A stretch of DNA of 61,288 nt from an uncultured Acidimicrobiaceae bacterium (lineage in GTDB: Bacteria > Actinomycetota > Acidimicrobiia > Spongiisociales > UBA5794): NCBI GenBank assembly GCA_964632475.1, contig CAZWDQ010000003.1, positions 1 to 61,288 on the forward strand, written 5' to 3'. The notes beneath the pieces were generated by a model. It did no database searches. It worked only from the letters and a program-made list of their open reading frames with translations, and was not told the origin of the DNA. Positions 36,254 to 45,770 of the stretch are shown piece after piece. Each line of letters begins with the position of its first letter. Positions within the stretch are counted from its first letter, which is position 1. A program made the translations under genes and the position numbers.

Positions 36254-37587
36254 CGACAGAGATCGTTCACGATCGGGTAGGGGTTGGCCCAGTCGCCGCC
36301 GCCGGGCTGCCAGCCGAGATGAAGATGCGGGAGCCACGAAGGCGAGTTTCCGGTCGTACCGACCGTGCCGAGCAAGTCACCCGCCGAGACCTTCTGGCCT
36401 CCCGCGAGACCATCCGCCCATGAGTCCATGTGCGCGTAGTAGTAGATATCGCCCGAGTTGCCCAGCAGATAGACGGAGAGGCCACCGAGTGCGCTGTTCG
36501 ACAGGCGGTAGATTCGCCCCATCTCCATCGCAACGAGCGGCGTCCCCCGAGAAGCCGACATGTCGACGCCCTTGTGAGTCCTCCCGCCCGACCGGGGTGC
36601 GCCCCACGTGTCGGAGAAGGACACGGCCCCATCGACCGGGCAGACCATGCCGGACGTCGTTCTCTCCGGTGGCACGGTCGTCGTAGTGGTCGTCGGGGCG
36701 ACGGTGGTTGTCGTCGTGGAAGATGTCGCAGTGGTGTCCCCATCGGTCGGGACGGTCGTGGTGGTCGTCGTCGTCGACGTTGTCGTGATCGATGTCGACG
36801 TCGTAGTCGTAGTCGTAGTCGTTGACGTTGAGGACGTGGGCGGCACAGTCGCCGTCGTAGTCGAGGTCACGGCTGCTGCGGCTCGTGCCACTGCAGCAGC
36901 TTCGGCGGCGGCAGCGGCTTCTTCAGCCTCCTTGCGCTTCCTCGCTTCCTCGAGTTCGCGGAGGCGCTTCTCCTCCGCCTCGCGCTGCTTCCGTTCCTCC
37001 TCCTGGCGCTGCCAGGTCGCTTCCAGTTCCCGGTACTCCGAGTTCGCGGCATCGAGTTCAACGAGCATCTCCTCCGCGATGCCCTCGATCTCGGTCACGA
37101 GGTCTCGTTGCAGAGCGAGAGCGTCATCGAGTTCCTTCACCTGGGCTCGGTACTCCGCTTCGACTGCCACCCATTCGTCGACGACGCTCAGATCGTGGTC
37201 GCTTGCAGCATCGAGATAGGCCCCACGAACCGGGATGTCGCGGAAGGCGGCCGAACCGAGCACGGTCGAGACTGCGCCGTCGGAACCTGCCGTCATGTAG
37301 AGCTCGCGAACGACTTCCTCCGCCGTCAGGCGGAGAATGGCGAGGCGCTGCTCGGTCTCGGTGACCTTGCTCGCAAGCCCGTGGAGGCTCTCTCGAATCC
37401 GGATCTCTTCAGCGATCGCGGCCTCGAAACGGATGTCGGTCGCCTCAAGCGATGAAGAGAGTTCGGCATTCCGTTGCCTTGCTGCCTCGAGATCGTCCGG
37501 GGTCACCTGCGCCTCTTCTGCGGCAAGCGCGGGCGCGGCTAGTCCGAGCAACAGAACAGCAATGAGGGCGAGTCTTCGTTTCTTCAT
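36250..37587 (-). CDS. secreted M23 family metallopeptidase with N-terminal coiled coil and Thr-rich linker
   Basis: Signal peptide MKKRRLALIAVLLLGLAAPALA. M23 motifs HKGVDM and YYAHM..LHLG. Confidence 0.85.
   Translation of the reverse strand: MKKRRLALIAVLLLGLAAPALAAEEAQVTPDDLEAARQRNAELSSSLEATDIRFEAAIAEEIRIRESLHGLASKVTETEQRLAILRLTAEEVVRELYMTAGSDGAVSTVLGSAAFRDIPVRGAYLDAASDHDLSVVDEWVAVEAEYRAQVKELDDALALQRDLVTEIEGIAEEMLVELDAANSEYRELEATWQRQEEERKQREAEEKRLRELEEARKRKEAEEAAAAAEAAAVARAAAAVTSTTTATVPPTSSTSTTTTTTTTSTSITTTSTTTTTTTVPTDGDTTATSSTTTTTVAPTTTTTTVPPERTTSGMVCPVDGAVSFSDTWGAPRSGGRTHKGVDMSASRGTPLVAMEMGRIYRLSNSALGGLSVYLLGNSGDIYYYAHMDSWADGLAGGQKVSAGDLLGTVGTTGNSPSWLPHLHLGWQPGGGDWANPYPIVNDLCR
36660..36870 (-). 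repeat. low-complexity Thr/Ser-rich linker coding region inside the M23 peptidase gene
   Basis: The translation contains runs such as TTTTTTTTSTSITTTSTTTTTTT. The boundaries are approximate. Confidence 0.7.
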
Positions 37588-37741
37588 CTCAGTTTCGATT
37601 CGACCAACGTGGATGGTCCTACTGCGCCCGCCGGGAGCCCTACTTCGTCATCGGCATACAGCTTGTGCAACTGAACGATCACCTGGTGCGTGGCGGCCGG
37701 TCTGAGGTCGGCTGAGACGAACCCGTAGACGGCGTCGACGA

Positions 37742-38536
37742 TCACGTTGAACGGAACTCAGGGGGAACGTCTCCCCCGGCCTCGACGATCTGCATCATCT
37801 TGGCCATCAACTCGGGATCTCGTTCACCGATGGCGGCCTCCTCAAATCCAACGGCGTCCGGCATCAGAATCTCGATTCGCTCGTTCGCAATCGAGAGGCG
37901 CGGCTGAATCGGTTCGATCGAGGGTTGGTTCTCGACGTGATCACGAAGCCCGTCGGATGAGTCGAAGGAACCGAGGAACTCGACGACTTTGCGGGTGGGG
38001 AACGCGACGAGCCATCGTCCGTCGTCGGCGCGTTCGAGCACGTCGGCCGGCCGGATCCAGACGGCGTCGACGAGTTCGGTGCCGTCGATCGAAGGGGTCA
38101 GACCTTGGGGGATCACCGCAGCGAAGAATCTGGTGTCGAACCGAATGGGCAGCGGTGCCGGTGTTATCCAGTTCGCGAAGTACCAGAGGGCGTCGCCGGC
38201 GAGACGCTCTCCTCGCTCCTCTACGTTCGAGAAGATCTCCCCACCGGTGAGGCGATCCGACGTGACGACGGCACCGCTCTCCAGCAGCCAGAATCCGGTC
38301 TCTTCGACCAGTTCGCGCAGAGCCGCAGCCCGCCAGCGAGCCAGGTCGGAGTCACCCGACACGAATCCGCTCCTCGACAATTGCGTTCCGTCGTCCTCGT
38401 CGACGGCGCCACCGGGGAACACCCAGGCTCCGCCCATGAAGCGGGCAGACGGCGTGCGCCGGACCATGAGCACTTGGAGTCCCCGCCCGGTGTCGCACAC
38501 GAGACACACCGTCGACGCCTCTCGGAGGGAGCCCAT
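37742..38536 (-). CDS. NUDIX hydrolase
   Basis: Nudix box GGAVDEDDG..ALRELVEETG. ORF trimmed to M16, giving a TGATG overlap with the fxsA stop. Confidence 0.75.
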   Translation of the reverse strand: MGSLREASTVCLVCDTGRGLQVLMVRRTPSARFMGGAWVFPGGAVDEDDGTQLSRSGFVSGDSDLARWRAAALRELVEETGFWLLESGAVVTSDRLTGGEIFSNVEERGERLAGDALWYFANWITPAPLPIRFDTRFFAAVIPQGLTPSIDGTELVDAVWIRPADVLERADDGRWLVAFPTRKVVEFLGSFDSSDGLRDHVENQPSIEPIQPRLSIANERIEILMPDAVGFEEAAIGERDPELMAKMMQIVEAGGDVPPEFRST

Positions 38537-38916
38537 CAGGGGAGGATGGTCCAACGGTTCGCTGCACGAGCGACGTACCAACGCCGAATCGCCTCACGCA
38601 CAGCAGGGATGAGGAGGATGAATCCAGCCGCGTCTGTCATCAGACCCGGTGTGAGAAGGAATGCTCCGGCGAGGAGGATCATCGCTCCGTGGGCCAGAGG
38701 CGCTACCGGGAATGCGCCACGCTCGAACTCGAGTCTGACTGCTTGAATCGTGTCCCGTCCCTGTCGACTGACGAGCCAGGACCCGACGAAAGCGGTCACC
38801 ACGACCAACCCGATCGTCCACCAGACACCTACCGCCTGACTGAACGCGATCAGGAGGGCGATCTCCACGATCGGGACCACCACAAACGCACCGAAGAGAA
38901 TCCATCGCAAACGCAT
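38536..38916 (-). CDS. fxsA: FxsA family membrane protein
   Basis: ORF 38536..39168 trimmed to M85 (MRLRWILFGAFVVVPIVEIALLI..LLTPGLMTDAAGFILLIP). Confidence 0.8.
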   Translation of the reverse strand: MRLRWILFGAFVVVPIVEIALLIAFSQAVGVWWTIGLVVVTAFVGSWLVSRQGRDTIQAVRLEFERGAFPVAPLAHGAMILLAGAFLLTPGLMTDAAGFILLIPAVREAIRRWYVARAANRWTILP

Positions 38917-38951
38917 CGAACCGAGGATACCGGCGCCGGTAGTCTGCACCC

Positions 38952-40268
38952 ATGGATTTTCGCGACCTCCCCTCGGTTGATGCCTTGGCCGGCGACCTCT
39001 CGGCTGAGTTCGATCTTCCCCATGCGATGATCGTCTCGGTCGCACGCGACGCAATCGACGACGCCCGCGAGGCGGCCCGGTCCGACTCTCCGATCGATCC
39101 GTCGGTGGTTGCGACCCGGCGCCTTCTGTCTCTCTCATCGTCCCGACTCCGCTCCGTTGTGAACGCAACCGGCGTACTCCTCCACACGAACCTGGGCCGC
39201 GCCCCCATCGTCGACACGGCCACCCCCGTCTTCAGCAATCTCGAATTCGATCTCGAGAACGGCCAGCGTGGCAAACGTGGGCACTATCTGCATGAACTGA
39301 TCGCAGCGACGACCGGCGCCGAAGCGGCACTCGTCGTGAACAACAATGCCGGTGCCCTCCTCCTCGCCCTGGCCGCCCTCGCCGGGCGAGATGGCCGTGT
39401 CGCTGTCTCGCGCGGGGAGCTGATCGAGATCGGAGGATCGTTCCGACTCCCGGAACTGATGGCCGCCTCGGGTGCTCACCTCGTGGAGATCGGGACAACG
39501 AACCGGACGAGAGAGAGCGACTTCGTCGACATTCCCGGAACGGTCGCAGCCGTACTCAAGGTTCATCCGTCGAACTACCGGATCAAGGGGTTCACGGAAG
39601 ACGTCCCGTTCTCGCGTATGCCATCCATAGCCCGCGACCTCGACGCGCCGTTCATCGCCGATATCGGAAGCGGTCTGCTCGACGAGTCAACGCCGTGGAT
39701 CAACGGCGGTCCCCCGACCTGGCTCGCTGGCGAACCAGCCGTTCGCCAGGTCCTCGAACATGGTGCTGACATTGTGCTCTTCTCAGGTGACAAGCTCCTT
39801 GGCGGACCGCAGGCGGGAATCGTGGTCGGGAAGAGGACCGCAGTGGATCGCTTGGCGAAGCACCCGATCGCTCGAGCCGTCCGGGTCAACAGCGCAACGA
39901 TCGCCTCCCTGACGATCACCTTCGAGGCATACGCCTCCGGGACGGCAGCCACCGTCCCATTCTGGGAGATGGCTACGGCACCAGCAGAGGAGATCGAACG
40001 CCGCTCCGACCGGGTTCTCCGCTCTTCCGGTGCGCTCGGCTCCATCATCGATGGCGAGTCTCTTCCGGGTGCCGGGTCGGTCCCGGGCCTCACGATCCCG
40101 ACCCCGGTACTCCGGATCGAAGGTAGTGATGAGCGGACGTGGAGGGTGCTGGCCGATCACCAGCCACCGGTCATCGCTGCTCGGAAGGGTGGAGCGACCA
40201 TTGTGAATCTCAGATCCGTCGCTCCGGATGAGGACTCGACCGTCACCGCCGCACTGGCCTCTCTCTGA
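38952..40268 (+). CDS. selA: L-seryl-tRNA(Sec) selenium transferase
   Basis: Motifs NATGVLLHTNLGRAP and FSGDKLLGGPQAGI (PLP lysine). Confidence 0.9.
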   Translation: MDFRDLPSVDALAGDLSAEFDLPHAMIVSVARDAIDDAREAARSDSPIDPSVVATRRLLSLSSSRLRSVVNATGVLLHTNLGRAPIVDTATPVFSNLEFDLENGQRGKRGHYLHELIAATTGAEAALVVNNNAGALLLALAALAGRDGRVAVSRGELIEIGGSFRLPELMAASGAHLVEIGTTNRTRESDFVDIPGTVAAVLKVHPSNYRIKGFTEDVPFSRMPSIARDLDAPFIADIGSGLLDESTPWINGGPPTWLAGEPAVRQVLEHGADIVLFSGDKLLGGPQAGIVVGKRTAVDRLAKHPIARAVRVNSATIASLTITFEAYASGTAATVPFWEMATAPAEEIERRSDRVLRSSGALGSIIDGESLPGAGSVPGLTIPTPVLRIEGSDERTWRVLADHQPPVIAARKGGATIVNLRSVAPDEDSTVTAALASL

Positions 40269-42043
40269 TGCCGATCATCGGGACGGCAGGTCACGTCGAT
40301 CACGGGAAATCGACGTTGGTACAAGCCCTCACCGGACGGGACCCCGATCGGTGGGCTGAGGAGAAGGAACGTGGGTTGACCATCGACCTCGGGTTCGCCT
40401 GGGCCCATCTCGGCGATGAGATGATCGGCTTCGTCGATGTGCCAGGACACGAGCGGTTCATCAAGAACATGCTCGCCGGAGTCGGTGGCCTTGACGTAGC
40501 CCTCTTCGTCGTTGCCGCGGATGAGGGGTGGATGCCCCAGTCCGAAGAGCATCTCGCCGTCCTCGACCTGCTCGAAGTCAGCAGCGGAGTCATCGCCCTG
40601 ACCCGGATCGACCTTGCGGACGCCGACTTGATCGAACTATCCACGATCGACATCACCGAACACGTTGCCGGTACGGTGGCCGAGTCGTGGCCCGTCATCA
40701 AGGTCTCGGTGATGGCCGAAATCGGTATCGACGAACTGACTGCTGCACTGCTCGACGCGCTTGCCTTCGTCGGCCCACCACGGGATCTGGGGCGCCCTCG
40801 AATGTGGATCGATCGCGCATTCGCGATCTCCGGGGCAGGCGTCGTCGTCACCGGAACGCTCGTGGACGGATCGCTCGCACTCGGCGATCGACTGCAATGC
40901 TTCCCGGGAGGACCGGTTCGTGTCCGGGGTCTCCAGTCACACGAGACCGATCGCGAGACCGTCGGACCCGGGACTCGAACCGCCGCCAACCTCGTCGGGA
41001 TCGATCGGAGCGACCTGGAACGAGGAACGCTCCTCGCTCGTCCCGATTCGACCGAAATGACCGATCGGTTCCTGGCCCACCTCAGGTTCCCTCCGCGTTC
41101 GGAGGATGAGATCAGCGATCGAGGGGCCTATCACGTTCACGCTGGCACGGCGACGGTCCCGGCACGGATCAGGATGCTGAAGGACCAAACGGCGGTACCG
41201 GCAGTGATCGTGACCACAACGTCACCCATCCCCCTGACCATGGGCGACCGGTTCATCTTGCGAGACACCGGGAGACGACACATCGTCGCGGGCGGAACGG
41301 TCCTCGATCCAATGCCGATCCCGCGGCCGTCGACAAGCGATGTCGCGTCTCTCTTCTCGGCGGTGTCCGAATCCCCGACCGACCGGGCCGACGCTCTGGT
41401 CGTCGTTCACGAATCCATCGGCGTCGACGAACTGCGCCGATCCTCGGGAGGAGGCACGCCATCGTCGGTCGCCGCCATCGGCTCCACGTACTTCTCACCC
41501 TCAACCTTCGATCAACGAGGCCGGGACTTGGTGACCGCCATCGATGGCTACCACAACAAGTACCCCCTCCGATCCGGTCTGCCGAAATCGGAGGCTGCCT
41601 CACGTCTTGGAAAGAACGCGGACCTCGTAGCGATGCTCGTCGATGCCGATCCCGACCTCATGGAGGAAGGCCCCATCATTCGCCGGCGATCGTTCACTCC
41701 CGAACTCACGGCAAGCGAGTTGGTGGAGTGGGATGCGGCCCGCTCACTGCTCGCCGGCGATCTTGCAGTTCCGCGTGCCTCGAACCTCGGGATCTCGGAC
41801 GAGGTGCTCCACGCCCTACTCCGCAGGGGTGATCTCGTTCGAATCGGCGACGACCTCGTGCTCCTCCCCGATCAGGTGGACACGATCACGTCTGGGCTCG
41901 CCAGACTGCCGGACGGTTTCACGGTGTCGGCGTTCAGGGACGAGTTCGGTCTCGCCCGAAGGCATGCGGTGCCACTCCTCGAGTGGTTCGACGCGACCGG
42001 CCGGACCCGTCGAAACGGAGACGAGCGTTCGATCAGGCGCTGA
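40268..42043 (+). CDS. selB: selenocysteine-specific translation elongation factor
   Basis: TGATG overlap with selA. GTPase motifs GHVDHGKSTL, DVPGHERF, and C-terminal winged-helix region. Confidence 0.9.
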   Translation: MPIIGTAGHVDHGKSTLVQALTGRDPDRWAEEKERGLTIDLGFAWAHLGDEMIGFVDVPGHERFIKNMLAGVGGLDVALFVVAADEGWMPQSEEHLAVLDLLEVSSGVIALTRIDLADADLIELSTIDITEHVAGTVAESWPVIKVSVMAEIGIDELTAALLDALAFVGPPRDLGRPRMWIDRAFAISGAGVVVTGTLVDGSLALGDRLQCFPGGPVRVRGLQSHETDRETVGPGTRTAANLVGIDRSDLERGTLLARPDSTEMTDRFLAHLRFPPRSEDEISDRGAYHVHAGTATVPARIRMLKDQTAVPAVIVTTTSPIPLTMGDRFILRDTGRRHIVAGGTVLDPMPIPRPSTSDVASLFSAVSESPTDRADALVVVHESIGVDELRRSSGGGTPSSVAAIGSTYFSPSTFDQRGRDLVTAIDGYHNKYPLRSGLPKSEAASRLGKNADLVAMLVDADPDLMEEGPIIRRRSFTPELTASELVEWDAARSLLAGDLAVPRASNLGISDEVLHALLRRGDLVRIGDDLVLLPDQVDTITSGLARLPDGFTVSAFRDEFGLARRHAVPLLEWFDATGRTRRNGDERSIRR

Positions 42044-42290
42044 AGCGAGCCTTCTGCTGGCGACGTTCCGTCTCCGTGAGACCACCCCAGATTCCGTAGG
42101 GCTCCCGGATCGTCATCGCATATTCGAGGCAGTCGCCTCCAACGGGACAGATCTTGCAGACGGACTTCGCCCTGATCTCTCTGCGCTCCCTCTCTTCTTT
42201 GCGCTCCGTCACGTTCGGAGGGAAGAACAGATGTGAGTGGCTTCCGCTGCACGAAGCAACCGGTTGCCAGGAACGATCGAGCGCCGTCAC
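42033..42290 (-). CDS. WhiB family transcriptional regulator
   Basis: 85 aa with four Cys (C..C-X22-CKIC-X5-C pattern) and the GIWGG turn. Confidence 0.85.
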   Translation of the reverse strand: MTALDRSWQPVASCSGSHSHLFFPPNVTERKEERERREIRAKSVCKICPVGGDCLEYAMTIREPYGIWGGLTETERRQQKARFSA

Positions 42291-42456
42291 GATGTATGCC
42301 CTCCAGGTGGTCGGTAGTCGAAGCCGTGGTGAATGTAGAGAAGGGAGACCGGGAGCGCCAGGAAAATTCTGGGAATTCAGTCGATTTCCTCGCGAACATT
42401 TTTCGCGTTCTCAGCGCTGGACCACGGGCTACGACCGACAGGCTACGCTTCAGCCC

Positions 42457-42813
42457 ATGTCACGCCTTCTGGTCGTTGCCGATGAACCATGGGTGCGGAA
42501 CGAGGTTCACGCCGCTCTGAGTATCGGATCGAACGAACTGATCGACCACGATGATCCTGCCACCGCTGCCACCACAGCCGGAGACGAGTCCGTCGACGCG
42601 GCGATCGTCGATCTCCAGGTCGCTTCAATGGGGGGCATGGCCGTAACCCGCGCCATTCGCGACGGCAAGCATCCAGTCCCCGTCATCATCCTCCTCGATC
42701 GAGAGGCGGACGCATTCCTCGCCGGTCGGTCGGGAGCGAACGCCTGGATCACGAAGCCGTTCACGGCGTCCGCCCTCAGAGCCACGGTTGCCGACGTCAC
42801 CGGAGCGGCGTGA
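42457..42813 (+). CDS. single-domain response regulator (receiver only)
   Basis: ORF trimmed to the ATG at 42457. MSRLLVVADE..AIVDLQ..KPF are receiver hallmarks. No output domain. Confidence 0.75.
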   Translation: MSRLLVVADEPWVRNEVHAALSIGSNELIDHDDPATAATTAGDESVDAAIVDLQVASMGGMAVTRAIRDGKHPVPVIILLDREADAFLAGRSGANAWITKPFTASALRATVADVTGAA

Positions 42814-42859
42814 CGGACCGTTCGGAGCTTCCGAGATCCAACTCAAGTGGTAGCAGAGC

Positions 42860-44107
42860 ATGACTTCTGAGCAGATAATCTATCTCGGCATCCTCGCCGT
42901 CTGCACTGTTGCATCCGGGTTCTTCTCGGGCTCCGAGACTGCCCTCATCGGGATCTCGAAGGAGCGGGTGCACCGACTCGCCGGCGAGAGCAAGGCCGGC
43001 CGGCGCGTCGAGCAACTGCTCACGAATCCGGAGCGAATGCTGTCGACGTTGCTGGTCGCCAACAACGTCGTGAACGTTCTCGCTGCAGCAGTCGCTACGA
43101 CGCTCTTCATCGGCCTCGTAGGTTTGACATGGGGGCCGTGGCTTGCAACCGCGGCTGTCACCGCTGTGATTCTCGTGTTCGGAGAGATCACGCCGAAGAC
43201 GCTCGCCACCCGGTACCCGGAGCGTTTCTCCCTGGCGGTTGCCCCGGCGATCTGGCAACTCTCACGGTTCCTCGCTCCTGTGGCCGCATTCTTCGGAGCG
43301 ATCACACGAGGCATCCTGCGGCTTCTGCGAATCCCGGTGCGCGGCGATGGAGACAGTGTCACGGATGCCGACATTCGGGCACTCGCCGAGCTCGGTCATC
43401 GCGACGGTCAGATCGAAGAGGTCGAACGGGAGATCATCGATGCCCTCTTCGATCTCGCCGATCGTCCGATTCGCGACGTGATGACACCACGGGTCGACAT
43501 CGTGACATTGACCGTGCCGGTCTCGATGGATGAGGTGAGGAAGGCGGTCGCGTCGACCGGTCACTCCCGGTACCCGGTGACCCGCGGCGACCTCGACGAC
43601 CTCCTCGGAATCCTCTTCGTCAAGGATCTCCTCCAACGCCCCGACGAGGCCTCCCCCGACCACATCGTGAGTCTCCTCCGCCACCCACACTTCATCCCTG
43701 AAACGGCGACGGTCCTCGACACGCTGACTGAGATGCGGGAACGGAAGTTCGCCCTCGCATGTGTCGTCGATGAGCACGGTGGCGTGGAAGGTGTGATTAC
43801 CGCCAAGGATCTTCTCGCCGAACTCGTTGGTGAACTCCAGGATGAATACGACCCCGGTCTGCCCTCGATCGTCCGGGTCGGTCCGACACAATGGATCGCC
43901 GACGGGCGGCTCCCGGTCGAGGATCTCGCTGATGAGATCGATCGGCCGATGCCCGAGGGCCCGTACAGCACCGTCGCCGGCTTCTTCATGACCGTTGCCG
44001 GGCATGTGCCGCACGAAGGCGACACGGTCCAAGTCGACGGCGTTCGCTTCACCGTTCTCGAAATGGACCGAAACCGGGTGGATCGAATCGATGTCTCCAT
44101 CGGCTGA
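42860..44107 (+). CDS. CNNM/DUF21-CBS-CorC_HlyC family transporter-associated protein (hemolysin family)
   Basis: N-terminal DUF21 TM region (FFSGSETAL), a CBS pair, and a C-terminal CorC_HlyC domain. Confidence 0.88.
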   Translation: MTSEQIIYLGILAVCTVASGFFSGSETALIGISKERVHRLAGESKAGRRVEQLLTNPERMLSTLLVANNVVNVLAAAVATTLFIGLVGLTWGPWLATAAVTAVILVFGEITPKTLATRYPERFSLAVAPAIWQLSRFLAPVAAFFGAITRGILRLLRIPVRGDGDSVTDADIRALAELGHRDGQIEEVEREIIDALFDLADRPIRDVMTPRVDIVTLTVPVSMDEVRKAVASTGHSRYPVTRGDLDDLLGILFVKDLLQRPDEASPDHIVSLLRHPHFIPETATVLDTLTEMRERKFALACVVDEHGGVEGVITAKDLLAELVGELQDEYDPGLPSIVRVGPTQWIADGRLPVEDLADEIDRPMPEGPYSTVAGFFMTVAGHVPHEGDTVQVDGVRFTVLEMDRNRVDRIDVSIG

Positions 44108-44143
44108 GCGGCAGGACGCGAACGGGGTTACAATCCCCGCATT

Positions 44144-44217
44144 CGGGACGTAGCGCAGCTTGGTAGCGCGCATCGTTCGGGACGATGAGGTCGCCGGTTC
44201 AAATCCGGCCGTCCCGA
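44144..44217 (+). tRNA. tRNA-Pro (anticodon CGG)
   Basis: A full 74-nt cloverleaf folds by hand: acceptor CGGGACG/CGTCCCG, D stem GCGC/GCGC, anticodon stem CATCG/CGATG with loop TTCGGGA, T arm GCCGG-TTCAAAT-CCGGC, discriminator A. No encoded CCA. Confidence 0.95.
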
Positions 44218-44227
44218 CTCATCGAGA

Positions 44228-44250
44228 CCCCGCCCTTGTGGCGGGGTTTC
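44228..44250. terminator. intrinsic (bidirectional) terminator between tRNA-Pro and asd
   Basis: Hairpin CCCCGCC-cttgt-GGCGGGG followed by TTTCGTCATTT. Confidence 0.7.
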
Positions 44251-44262
44251 GTCATTTGATCG

Positions 44263-45294
44263 CTACCTGTCGAGCAGCAACTCTGCGAGTTGAACGGCGT
44301 TCAAAGCTGCACCCTTGCGCAGGTTGTCGGCGACAACCCACAGACTGATGCCGCCGGCTTCGCCGATGGTCTCGCGAACACGGCCGATGAGAGCGTCGTC
44401 GATTCCCGCAGAATCCAATGGTGTGGGGACGTGATCGTCCGGCCAGAGCTGCGCGCCCGGAGCGCTCGCGAGCACATCCGTCGCTTCCGAGAGAGAGACG
44501 GGCCGATCGAAGAACATCGTGGCGGCGATTCCGTGGCCAACAACTGTGGGCACGCGCACGCACGTGGGTTCGACCCGAATGTCGGGAGCGTCGAGGATCT
44601 TCCTCGTCTCGTGGACGAGCTTCCACTCTTCGTCGGTATAGCCGTGTTCGGTGATCGCTCCGGCCATCGGAAGGACGTTGTATCCGATCGGCCGTTGGTA
44701 GAGATCTCCCCCGGGATCCGCCCAGCCACCATGGCGAAGAGCTTCACGGTCCTGGTCGAACCAGGCGTTTTCCCGCCCAAGTGTGACGATCCCGTTCTGG
44801 CCCGACCCTGAAGTCGCCTGGTACGACATGGCGACCATGCGGTCGATACCTGCCGCCCGGTGCAACGGACCGGCCGCCATCATCAAGGCCATGGTGGTGC
44901 AGTTGGGATTCGCAACGATTCCCGTGTTGGCCTCGATGGCCTCATCGTTGACCTGTGCTACAACGAGCGGGACATCGGGGTCCCTCCGAAACGCCGACGA
45001 GTTGTCGATCACCGTCGCACCCGCAGCGGCGAATCGAGGTGCGTACTCCTTGGACCGACTCCCTCCCGCCGAGAAGAGAGCAACATCGACCCCGGACGGG
45101 TCAGCCTCGGCCAAATCTTCCACCGTGATCGAACCCCACGGAGTCTCGACAACAGTGCCGGCGGATCGGGACGAAGCGAGCAGGCGGAGATTCCCTATCG
45201 GGTAGTCGCGTTCGGCGAGGATCGACTGCATCGTTTGACCGACGACGCCGGTTGCGCCGACAACGGCAACGGTGGGCTGAGCGAACCGCTTCAT
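44263..45294 (-). CDS. asd: aspartate-semialdehyde dehydrogenase
   Basis: Motifs VAVVGATGVVGQ and NPNCTTM (active-site Cys). Confidence 0.93.
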   Translation of the reverse strand: MKRFAQPTVAVVGATGVVGQTMQSILAERDYPIGNLRLLASSRSAGTVVETPWGSITVEDLAEADPSGVDVALFSAGGSRSKEYAPRFAAAGATVIDNSSAFRRDPDVPLVVAQVNDEAIEANTGIVANPNCTTMALMMAAGPLHRAAGIDRMVAMSYQATSGSGQNGIVTLGRENAWFDQDREALRHGGWADPGGDLYQRPIGYNVLPMAGAITEHGYTDEEWKLVHETRKILDAPDIRVEPTCVRVPTVVGHGIAATMFFDRPVSLSEATDVLASAPGAQLWPDDHVPTPLDSAGIDDALIGRVRETIGEAGGISLWVVADNLRKGAALNAVQLAELLLDR

Positions 45295-45770
45295 GATCGC
45301 TCTCCGATGAGTTCTCGGTGAAGCGCTTCTATCGCCGCTTGCGTGTCCTCACTGCGGATGACGCAGCTGATGCGAATTGTTGAAGTCGAGATCATCTCGA
45401 TATTGACGCCCGAGCGTGACAGGATTCCGAACATCTTCGCGGCGACACCCGACTCGGATTTCATCCCGGCACCGACGACGGTGATCTTCGAGATGTCCCT
45501 GTCCAGATCCACTCCAATGGCTCCGATCTCGCCAGCGACCCGTTCGGCGATCTCGACGGCCATGTCCGCAGAGCTCGCGGGAACGGTGAACGAGATATCG
45601 GTGACGCCCTGGCTCGAAACGTTCTGAACAATCATGTCGACGTTCACGCCGGCAGCTCCCATCGGTTCAAAGACGGCAGCAGCGATCCCGGGTTGATCAG
45701 GGACGCCGTATACGGTCAGCTTCACCCCAGAGTCATCGTGGGCGATACCTCGAATGATCGGTTCTTCCAT
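45291..45770 (-). CDS. ask: aspartate kinase beta subunit (in-frame internal start)
   Basis: Internal ATG at 45770 (MEEPIIRGIAHDD), preceded by AAGGAGG with a 5-nt spacer inside the ask frame. This matches the nested lysC/ask arrangement known in Corynebacterium and Mycobacterium. Confidence 0.55.
   Translation of the reverse strand: MEEPIIRGIAHDDSGVKLTVYGVPDQPGIAAAVFEPMGAAGVNVDMIVQNVSSQGVTDISFTVPASSADMAVEIAERVAGEIGAIGVDLDRDISKITVVGAGMKSESGVAAKMFGILSRSGVNIEMISTSTIRISCVIRSEDTQAAIEALHRELIGERS

Noticed and set aside
37588-38951. tRNA-Sec (selC) near selA/selB. I examined the spacers 37588-37741, 38917-38951 and 42291-42456.
   Set aside because: None of the three spacers has an extended acceptor/T-arm structure or a UCA anticodon loop.
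43262-44173. Long ORFs antisense to clearly assigned genes. Examples: 43262..44173(-), 47866..48879(-), 53170..54216(+), 55804..56781(+), 58810..59847(-), 60379..61272(-), 9944..11089(-), 789..1850(-), 33261..34121(+), 20554..21330(+).
   Set aside because: Each lies entirely opposite a gene with strong family motifs. Their translations are Arg/Gly/Asp/Pro-rich with no motifs. This is the usual shadow-ORF artefact of high-GC DNA.
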